Positions 47,221-54,388 of a DNA stretch of 64,000 nucleotides are shown in pieces. This stretch comes from Dehalococcoidia bacterium (GTDB taxonomy: Bacteria > Chloroflexota > Dehalococcoidia > Lucifugimonadales > Australimonadaceae): assembly GCA_965261385.1 (NCBI GenBank), contig CBDHDB010000002.1, positions 1,850,314 to 1,914,313 of the forward strand, in the 5' to 3' direction. The position numbers and the translations under genes are program-made. The notes under the pieces are model-generated. The model saw only the letters and a program-made list of their open reading frames with translations, searched no databases and had not been told where the DNA came from. Position 1 is the stretch's first letter; every line of letters starts with the position of its first letter.

Positions 47221-47250
47221 ACTCTAGCGCGGGGCGCATTACGCTGTCAA
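47221..47250 (-). promoter_or_regulatory. sigma70-like promoter of paralogue 1
   Basis: On the minus strand: TTGACA (47250-47245), 18 nt spacer, TAGAGT (47226-47221). Confidence 0.45.
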
Positions 47251-47293
47251 TTCATTGGGGGCTTACAGCGCGGCTCGCGTCTTCCGAATCGCA

Positions 47294-47324
47294 AAGCCGC
47301 CCCGCCAACGTGGCGGGGCGGCTT
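47294..47324 (-). terminator. GC-rich hairpin downstream of paralogue 2
   Basis: AAGCCGCCCCGCC-AACGT-GGCGGGGCGGCTT is a 13-bp stem, 24 nt after the stop at 47348. The U-tract is weak. Confidence 0.55.
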
Positions 47325-47347
47325 CAGTCCACCCTCGTCTCGCGCTG

Positions 47348-48589
47348 TTACCTCACGAACTTCGCGAACACGTCCTCCGTGATGGCGTCAATCGCGTCCT
47401 TCCTATCAATAAACTGGTTCGTCATGTCGATGAGCTCCGGCGCAGCCACGTCGCCGTGCGTGAAGGAGTTCTTGATGCCAGTGAAGTTCTGCATGTTGTT
47501 GGCGAACTCCTCGTCCGCCATCGCGTCCGCGAGCGCGGTGCGCAGCGCAGCAGTCACGCCGTCCGGCACCCCGGGCGGACCGATGATATTCTTCGACGCT
47601 AGAATCTGCGGTCCGCGCATCGCCTTCCACAGCTCAACGTCGTCGCCCTCGAGGTGAGCGTCAGCCACATTCGGGCAATGGAAATCGGCCTCGCCATTGT
47701 GCCCCAAATCGAAGCCGGGCCAAGAGATGTCGGCGAACGGCTTGATGAATCCGCTCGCCGTCCAGCCGGGCCGTGTGCGCGGCCACTGGTCCCAGATGGT
47801 GCCGGTCCACCACGAGTTGACGTCGCCCCGCTCAATCATGACGTACTGCTCTGCCGAGCCCGCCGCCGCCAGGTTCCGGATCTCCAGCGGCACATTGAAC
47901 TTGTCCGCGATCCAGCCCATCGCCACGTACGAGCCTAGGTCCGCCGGTGTGGGCGCTGAGGTGCCCACGGTGATGACGTAGTCGCCGCCCCATGAATCCT
48001 CAAAGCAGTCGTAGGGCACGTAATCGCGGGTCGCCCAGAGGCCTTCCTTGCCGGAGGTGATGCCGATCATCGTCACCTCGCGCATGTCGAAGTCCGCGCC
48101 GGGCGTGAACTGCGTGAAGACCCCGGGGCTGGCCTCGACGCCCATCGTGAAGCCGTCAGCCGGGGCGTTCCACACGAAGTTCCGCTGCACAACGTTGGGC
48201 GTCATGTTCGTGACCACGATACGCGGGCTGCCGGGGATGTACTCCGGCCATGCTCGCGACATGAACCGGGCCTGGGCGTCAGTCCCGCCGCCGGGGTTGT
48301 AGCCGACCATCAATCGTATCGTCTTGCCCGTGAAGTACGCCTCCGCATCGAAGTCAGGGTCAGGGGCGACCGCGGCTGCTTCCGGCGTCGGTGTCGGTCT
48401 TGGCGTGGGCGTCGCCGGCGGCGGCGTCACTCCAGGCGGCAGCGGCGTCGGGGTAGCGGTCGGCGGGACCTGCGTGGCGGTTGGGCGAGGAGTCGGAGTC
48501 GCGTCCTCTCCTCCGCATGCGGAAAGCACGAGCGCGAGCGTCAAGCCCAGCGCCCCCAGAGTGGCGAATCTCACCGTTAGCCTCAACAT
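47348..48589 (-). CDS. tctC: TctC-like substrate-binding lipoprotein, paralogue 2
   Basis: Same architecture as paralogue 1, with lipobox LSAC. Confidence 0.8.
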   Translation of the reverse strand: MLRLTVRFATLGALGLTLALVLSACGGEDATPTPRPTATQVPPTATPTPLPPGVTPPPATPTPRPTPTPEAAAVAPDPDFDAEAYFTGKTIRLMVGYNPGGGTDAQARFMSRAWPEYIPGSPRIVVTNMTPNVVQRNFVWNAPADGFTMGVEASPGVFTQFTPGADFDMREVTMIGITSGKEGLWATRDYVPYDCFEDSWGGDYVITVGTSAPTPADLGSYVAMGWIADKFNVPLEIRNLAAAGSAEQYVMIERGDVNSWWTGTIWDQWPRTRPGWTASGFIKPFADISWPGFDLGHNGEADFHCPNVADAHLEGDDVELWKAMRGPQILASKNIIGPPGVPDGVTAALRTALADAMADEEFANNMQNFTGIKNSFTHGDVAAPELIDMTNQFIDRKDAIDAITEDVFAKFVR

Positions 48590-48663
48590 CTGTTCCCCCT
48601 AGCGCTCGCCAATGGCATACAAGACAGAGTATGGACGGGACTGACCATATTGGAAGCGACGGA

Positions 48664-48692
48664 AACCTATCGCGGGAAGCCGCAACTGTCAA
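48664..48692 (-). promoter_or_regulatory. sigma70-like promoter of paralogue 2
   Basis: On the minus strand: TTGACA (48692-48687), 17 nt spacer, TAGGTT (48669-48664). Confidence 0.45.
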
Positions 48693-48747
48693 TTCCGTTT
48701 CATGGGCCACGTTGGGCGCTGGGGAACCCGACATCCCGATCAACAAA

Positions 48748-48774
48748 GCCGCCCCGCCAAGCTGGCGGAGCGGC
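48748..48774 (-). terminator. GC-rich hairpin downstream of paralogue 3
   Basis: GCCGCCCCGCC-AAGCT-GGCGGAGCGGC is an 11-bp stem with one mismatch. Confidence 0.45.
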
Positions 48775-48802
48775 CCCTCCAGTCCACCCTCGTCTCACGT
48801 CG

Positions 48803-50041
48803 CTACTTCACGTACTTCTCGAACACTTCCTGCTGGAGATTATCGATAAAGTCCTTGTTCTCAACGAACGCGTTGGTCGTGTTAATCATCTCCTGCGCAG
48901 CCACATCGCCGTGCGTGAAGATGTTCTTGATGCCGGTGAAGCTCTGCATAGAGTCCGCGAACTCCTCGTTCGCCATCGCGTCCGCGAGCGCGGTGCGCAA
49001 TGCAGCAGTGGGGCCCGCCGGGATCCCCGGCGGTCCGATGATGTTCTTCGACGCGTATATCCGAGGACCTTGCATCGCGACCCACAGATCGAGGTCGTCG
49101 CCTTCGAGGTACGCGTCGGCAACGTTCGGGCAATGGAAGTCAGCTTCGCCGTTGTGGCCGAGGTCGAACCCAGGCATGGACAAATCAGCAAACGGCTTGA
49201 GGAACCCGCTTTCCGTCCAGCCCGGCCTCGTCCGCGGATACTGGTACCAGATTGTGCTGGTCTGCCAAGAGTTCACGTCGCCCCGCTCGATCATCACGTA
49301 CTGCTCGGCGGAGCCGGCGGCGGCGAGGTTCCTGATCTCCAGCGGCACGTTGAACTTGTCCGCAATCCAGCCCGTTGAGGCTGTCGCGCCCAAGTCGGCC
49401 GGCGTCGGGGCCGACGTGCCTATGGTCAAGGCGTAGTCCCCGCCCCACGCGTCTTCGAAACAGTCGTAGGGCACGTAGTCGCGAGTGACCCACACGCCCT
49501 CCTGACCCGAGGTGATGCCGATCATCGTGACCTCGCGCATATCGAACTCGGCGCCGGGCGAGAACTGATCGAAAATTCCCGGCGCCGCCTCAACGGAGAT
49601 GGTGAGGCCGTCCGCCTTGGCGTTCCAGACGAAGTTTCGCTGGACAACGTTAGGCGTCATGTTCGTGACCACGATCCGCGGGCGGCCGGGGATGAACTCC
49701 GGCCACGCTCGCGACATGAACCGCGCCTGGGCGTCCGTGCCGCCGCCGGGGTTGTAACCGACCATCAACCGGATCGTCTTACCGGAGAAGTAGGCCTCTG
49801 CGTCGAAATCGGGGTCCGTCGGGACCTCCGGCGCGGGGGCGGGCGTTGGGGTTGCCGTCGCCGGCGGGGGAGTCACGCCAGGCGCCGGCGTGGGCGTTGC
49901 CGTCGGAGCCGCCGTCGGCACGGGCGTCGCGGTGGGGCGCGGAGTCGGGGTCGAGTCATCCCCTCCACATGCGACAAGCACGAGCGCGAGCGTCAAGCCC
50001 AGCGCGCCAATGACCGGGATTCTCCTCGTCATTCTCAGCAT
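48803..50041 (-). CDS. tctC: TctC-like substrate-binding lipoprotein, paralogue 3
   Basis: Same architecture as paralogue 1, with lipobox LVAC. Confidence 0.8.
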   Translation of the reverse strand: MLRMTRRIPVIGALGLTLALVLVACGGDDSTPTPRPTATPVPTAAPTATPTPAPGVTPPPATATPTPAPAPEVPTDPDFDAEAYFSGKTIRLMVGYNPGGGTDAQARFMSRAWPEFIPGRPRIVVTNMTPNVVQRNFVWNAKADGLTISVEAAPGIFDQFSPGAEFDMREVTMIGITSGQEGVWVTRDYVPYDCFEDAWGGDYALTIGTSAPTPADLGATASTGWIADKFNVPLEIRNLAAAGSAEQYVMIERGDVNSWQTSTIWYQYPRTRPGWTESGFLKPFADLSMPGFDLGHNGEADFHCPNVADAYLEGDDLDLWVAMQGPRIYASKNIIGPPGIPAGPTAALRTALADAMANEEFADSMQSFTGIKNIFTHGDVAAQEMINTTNAFVENKDFIDNLQQEVFEKYVK

Positions 50042-50092
50042 TTCTCCTCCTAAAACGACCTAGGCGGTATGAACCAGCCTAGGTCTAGAAGA

Positions 50093-50122
50093 ACCCTATC
50101 GGCAGGAGGGACGCTATGTCAA
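50093..50122 (-). promoter_or_regulatory. sigma70-like promoter of paralogue 3
   Basis: On the minus strand: TTGACA (50122-50117), 18 nt spacer, TAGGGT (50098-50093). A CCTAGGC...GCCTAGG hairpin in the 5'UTR lies at 50059-50083. Confidence 0.45.
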
Positions 50123-50200
50123 CGGACAGCCCGACTCGCCTGGTCCGCGAACGTCCACCCTCTAACCGATGCGCTCCGCGGGAAGCCTGCCGGGCCATAA

Positions 50201-50234
50201 GAAGCCGCCCCGCCGAGGGTGGCGGGGCGGCTTC
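50201..50234 (-). terminator. GC-rich hairpin downstream of paralogue 4
   Basis: GAAGCCGCCCCGCC-GAGGGT-GGCGGGGCGGCTTC is a 14-bp perfect stem. Confidence 0.55.
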
Positions 50235-50266
50235 TCCAATCTTCTTTCGATTCGCGTTCGCGCTGC

Positions 50267-51508
50267 CTATTTCACGTACTTCTCGAACGCGAGGTCCTGC
50301 AGCTCCCCGATCAGCGGCAAGTTGTCCAAGAACGCTTGCGTGGTGTCGATCAGTTCCTGCTGCGCCGTCGCCCCGTCGGTGAAGTTGTTGGGGATACCCG
50401 TGAACTTCGTCATGTCGGTCGCGAACTCCTCGTCGTTCATCGCGTCCGTCAGCGCCTGCCGCAGTGCGTTCAGCGGGCCGGGCTCCATGCCGGGCGGGCC
50501 GATGATGTTCTTAGAGGCGTAGGTGCGCGGCCCCGTGATGGCGATCCAGGTCTGCAGCTGCTCGTCGGTTGTGAAGAACGACTCAGCCTTCGGGCAGTCG
50601 TACGGGCCCTCGGCGTTCGACCCCAGCTCGTAGCCCGGGTACGAGAGGTCCACGAATGGACGCAGGAACCCGTCGGCTATCCAGCCTGGACGCGTAATCG
50701 GCAGCTGGCTCCACACGGTGGACGACGTCCAGCTGTTCACGTCGCCGCGCTCCAGCATGATGTACTGCTCGGCGGAGCCTGCGGCAGCCACGTTCTTGAT
50801 CTCCAACGGAAGATTGAACTCGCCCGCGAGGTAGGTCAACTGCACCAGTGAGCCGAGGTCCGCGGCCGTTGGCACGCTCGACCCGATGGTCAGCACCGGG
50901 TCCGTCGCGCCGAAGGCCGTGTCGATGCAGCCGTAGGGCAGGTCGCCCCGGATCATCCAGAACTGATCCTTACCGGAGGTCACGCCGATCATCGACGCCT
51001 CGCGAAGGTCGTACTCGGCGGCGGGCTCGACCTGACCGAAGATGCCTGCCGTGGCCTCGACGGAGATGGTGAAGCCATCGGGCTTGGCACTGTACACGAA
51101 GTTCCGCTGAACGACGTTCGGCGTCATGTTCGTCACGACGAGCCGAGGATTGCCGGGGATGTACTCCGACCATGCCCGCGACATGAACCGCGCCTGCGCG
51201 TCGGTGCCGCCACCAGGGTTGAAGCCGACCATCAACCGAACCGTCTTGCCGCCGAAGTACTCCTCCGCGTCGAAATCGGGATCCGTGGGGACCTCCGGCG
51301 CAGGCGCAGCCGTTGGGGTTGCCGTGGCTGGCGGCGGCGTCACACCGGGCGGCAGCGGCGTTGGCGTCGCCGTCGGCTCCGCCGGAATAGGCGTTGCGGT
51401 TGGGCGCGGGGTTGCAGTCGGATCGTCTCCTCCACAGGCGGCAAGCACCAGAACGAGCGTCAGGCTGAACGCCGTCAAAACCGCGAATTTTCTCATCATT
51501 CCCATCAT
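50267..51508 (-). CDS. tctC: TctC-like substrate-binding lipoprotein, paralogue 4
   Basis: Same architecture as paralogue 1, with lipobox LAAC. It is the most divergent of the four. Confidence 0.8.
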   Translation of the reverse strand: MMGMMRKFAVLTAFSLTLVLVLAACGGDDPTATPRPTATPIPAEPTATPTPLPPGVTPPPATATPTAAPAPEVPTDPDFDAEEYFGGKTVRLMVGFNPGGGTDAQARFMSRAWSEYIPGNPRLVVTNMTPNVVQRNFVYSAKPDGFTISVEATAGIFGQVEPAAEYDLREASMIGVTSGKDQFWMIRGDLPYGCIDTAFGATDPVLTIGSSVPTAADLGSLVQLTYLAGEFNLPLEIKNVAAAGSAEQYIMLERGDVNSWTSSTVWSQLPITRPGWIADGFLRPFVDLSYPGYELGSNAEGPYDCPKAESFFTTDEQLQTWIAITGPRTYASKNIIGPPGMEPGPLNALRQALTDAMNDEEFATDMTKFTGIPNNFTDGATAQQELIDTTQAFLDNLPLIGELQDLAFEKYVK

Positions 51509-51583
51509 CTGATCCTCCCGCCGCCGACATCGCTTCTATATTAAGGCAACCTAGGCGAAGCAGGGCTCGCCTAGGGCTAGGAA

Positions 51584-51613
51584 ACCCTATCGGCGGGCTG
51601 GCCACCGTGTCAA
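51584..51613 (-). promoter_or_regulatory. sigma70-like promoter of paralogue 4
   Basis: On the minus strand: TTGACA (51613-51608), 18 nt spacer, TAGGGT (51589-51584). A CCTAGGCGA...TCGCCTAGG hairpin in the 5'UTR lies at 51550-51575. Confidence 0.45.
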
Positions 51614-51707
51614 CGCCTCCGCCAATCGGTCAACCTATCTTGGGGATTCTCGCCCGCCCGCTACCCGGCCTCTGCTTGTTATACGCTTTAGAAAGCAATC
51701 CGGTTTC

Positions 51708-52771
51708 ATGGAATTCGATCAACCCATGACTTTGACTCTGACACTCAGCGCAACCGACCAGTCTCCGATGCGCCGGGGCGAGACCCCCGCCGACGCTTTG
51801 CGCGACACCGTAGCCCTGGCGCAGGCTTTGGAGGGATTCGGCTATTCGCGGTACTGGGTGGCCGAGCACCACAACGCCGGCACGTTCGCGGGCGCGAGTC
51901 CCGAGATAGTGGCTGGCCAGATTCTCGCCAACACCCGGCGGATACGGGTCGGCAGCGGGGGCGTGATGCTCTCCCACTACTCGGCCCTCAAGGTTGCCGA
52001 GCAGTTCCGCATCCTCGAGTCGTTCTATCCGGGGCGTGTCGACCTTGGAGTCGGGCGTGCGCCGGGAAGCGACCAGGCCACGGGATTGCCCTCGCCTACC
52101 CGAAGCGGCCCGCCGCCATTGAGACGTTCCCGCAGCAAGTCGCTGACCTCATCGGCTATCTCCACGGAGCATTGCAGCCAGACCATCCATTTGCGGCGAT
52201 CAAGGCGCAGCCAGGGCCGGCCCCCGAGTCTGCGCCCGAGGTCTGGCTGTTGGGTTCGAGCGACTACTCGGCGAACCTGGCCGCCTACCTCGGCCTGCCG
52301 TTCGCCTTCGCCGACTTCTTCGGCAATACGGGCAAGCACGGGCCGGCGGTGGCGGAGATCTACCGGCGCAACTTCAGACCATCCGAGCTGTGCCCGACGC
52401 CACGGTTGAACGTCACGGTCCATGCCGTGTGCGCGCCGACGGAGGAGGAGGCGCGGTTCGTGGCATCGAGCCGCAATTTAAATAGGGCGCGGAGGCTGTT
52501 GGAAGCGCGGACCGGAGAGCGAATCGAGGGCCTCGTCCCGCCGGAGGAGGCTTCCCAAGCCATGGTCGGCGAGGACGCCGAGCAATACGCCGCGCAGTTT
52601 ACCGCAGGCTACATTGACGGCGACCCCGCCCAGGTGAAACACGCGCTTCTGGAGACGGCGGAGCGCTACGAGACCACGGACGTAGGCATCGTGACGATCG
52701 CCTACCACCTCAATGACCGGGTGCGTTCCTATGAGGAGATCGCTCGCGAGTTCGGCCTGCTCCCAGCCTAG
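51708..52771 (+). pseudogene. LLM-class flavin-dependent oxidoreductase, frame broken near 52080-52085
   Basis: ORF 51708 (…YWVAEHHN...GGVMLSHYS...GRVDLGVGRAPGSDQAT) continues in ORF 52172's frame as GIALAYPKRPAAIETFPQQVADLIGYLHGALQPDHPF.... One nt is missing at the GGG run 52082-52084. An alternative start is ATG 51726. Confidence 0.75.
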
Positions 52772-52839
52772 GACGTAGCGTACCATCAGCCCCGGCGCCA
52801 TCCGGCCCACATCAAACCCCAGACGGCAGAGGAGAAACC

Positions 52840-53226
52840 ATGGGCAGACGTCAGACCATTCACATCCCGGGCGTGCAGCACAACGCCCCGATACCCTACG
52901 GCGCGCGCGTCGGCAACGTCATTTACAGCTCAGCGATTCAAGGCATCAACGCCGACACCGGCGAGCTCCCCGACGACGTTTACGAGCAGGCGCGGCAGTG
53001 CTTCCGTAACATGCACACGTTCCTGGAACTCGCAGGCGCGACTCCGGACGACATCGTGCGGCTCACCTGCTTCCTAGCCGACCTCGCCGACCGGCAGGCG
53101 CTGAACGAGCCTTGGCTGGCGCTCTTCCCCGACGAAAACGACCGCCCTTCACGGCACACTTCGAAGTACGAGCCTCCGCCCGGCGGGATGAAGGTGCAGA
53201 TCGAGGTCGTCGCCGTCGTCGAGTAA
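52840..53226 (+). CDS. RidA family protein
   Basis: VGNVIYSSAIQG...QCFRNMHTFLELAG...VRLTCFL...VQIEVVAVV. Confidence 0.85.
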   Translation: MGRRQTIHIPGVQHNAPIPYGARVGNVIYSSAIQGINADTGELPDDVYEQARQCFRNMHTFLELAGATPDDIVRLTCFLADLADRQALNEPWLALFPDENDRPSRHTSKYEPPPGGMKVQIEVVAVVE

Positions 53227-53327
53227 CGCTCCCTGTCTCCCTGTCTGGGGGCCTTGCGTGAAGGGCCCCCTACCCGTTCGCCCTGATTCTGGCGACGAGG
53301 GACTCGCGGTACGGATAGGGACGCCTA

Positions 53328-53615
53328 TTAATAGATGTCCAGGGTGAAGCGGGGAGTCGGGACTTCTTCCGTCTTGTAGTCGAGCACGGCGTTGCCCAGG
53401 GACTGCGCCACTTCCTCCTCAATCACGAGCACCGTCGCGCCGTCATGGGCGTAGGCGGCGTCGGCGGCGCCTCGCTGATCGATGACGATGCCCCAGTCGC
53501 CTGCGCCGGTCCAGACCGGAGGCACGGCCAAGCGCAAGAGCCTGCCCGGCTCGAGCTTGCGCTCGTGAGCGATTGCCTTCAGCTGACGACGCGCCTCCGG
53601 GGTGACGTCGAACAT
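53328..53615 (-). CDS. HesB/IscA-like fold protein lacking the Cys ligands (tentative)
   Basis: 95-aa ORF whose pattern MFDVTPEARRQLKAI...LRLAV...G.W.I.ID....D.....DG..VLVIEEEVA resembles IscA/HesB scaffolds. No cysteines are present. Confidence 0.5.
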   Translation of the reverse strand: MFDVTPEARRQLKAIAHERKLEPGRLLRLAVPPVWTGAGDWGIVIDQRGAADAAYAHDGATVLVIEEEVAQSLGNAVLDYKTEEVPTPRFTLDIY

Positions 53616-53616
53616 G

Positions 53617-54354
53617 CTACCCGGCGACGACGAGCTCGCCGTCTTTCAGGTCCAGCAGCTTGCCGGACATCTCCATCGGCGCCTCGGCGGACAGGATAAA
53701 GCGCGGGCCGGCGTAGTCGGGTCCGGGCATGCGATTGCGCGCCTCCTCGGGCGCGTCCTCCGTCGCGATGGCGGCTCCAGGGGAGATGATGACGACGCAG
53801 ATGTTGGAGTCCCGCACCTCCTCGGCGTGGAACTTGGTGAATGTGATGAGGGAATCCTTCGCCGTCGCGTAGGCGAGAGCCCCCGGGGGAGTGAGGCCGC
53901 CGCCGCCGTGGAGGTTGACGATATGGCCGCCGCCGCCCTGCTCCATGTACGGCACAGCGTGCTTCGAGGCCAGGAAGGAGCCGCGCAGCGCCACGCCCAT
54001 GACCGTGTCCCAGAAGAACGACACGTCCATGTCCTGCACCTTCGGCCAGCGCGGCTTATCATTCCAGTTGAAGTGCGGCACGATTGCGGCGTCGTTGATG
54101 AGCACGTCTATCCCGCCGAATCGCTCGTTGACCTGCGCCATGAGCGACGCGACTGCGTCCTCGTCCCTGACGTCGGCGGAGACGGCCATCGCCTCCGCGC
54201 CGAGCTCGCCCAGTTCGCCGAGCGTCTGCTGCAGGCGGGTCTCGTCGATGTCGGCTATCGTCACCTTCGCGCCCTCTTTGGCGAAGCCATGGGCGATGTA
54301 GCGCCCTATCCCCTTCGCCGAACCCGTGATCACGACCGACTTGTCCTTCAGCAT
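53617..54354 (-). CDS. SDR family oxidoreductase
   Basis: KSVVITGSAKGIGRYIA, LINDAAI and YATAKDS. Confidence 0.9.
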   Translation of the reverse strand: MLKDKSVVITGSAKGIGRYIAHGFAKEGAKVTIADIDETRLQQTLGELGELGAEAMAVSADVRDEDAVASLMAQVNERFGGIDVLINDAAIVPHFNWNDKPRWPKVQDMDVSFFWDTVMGVALRGSFLASKHAVPYMEQGGGGHIVNLHGGGGLTPPGALAYATAKDSLITFTKFHAEEVRDSNICVVIISPGAAIATEDAPEEARNRMPGPDYAGPRFILSAEAPMEMSGKLLDLKDGELVVAG

Positions 54355-54388
54355 GATGCCCTCCCCGCCGCTGACTGTCCCGCAACCT

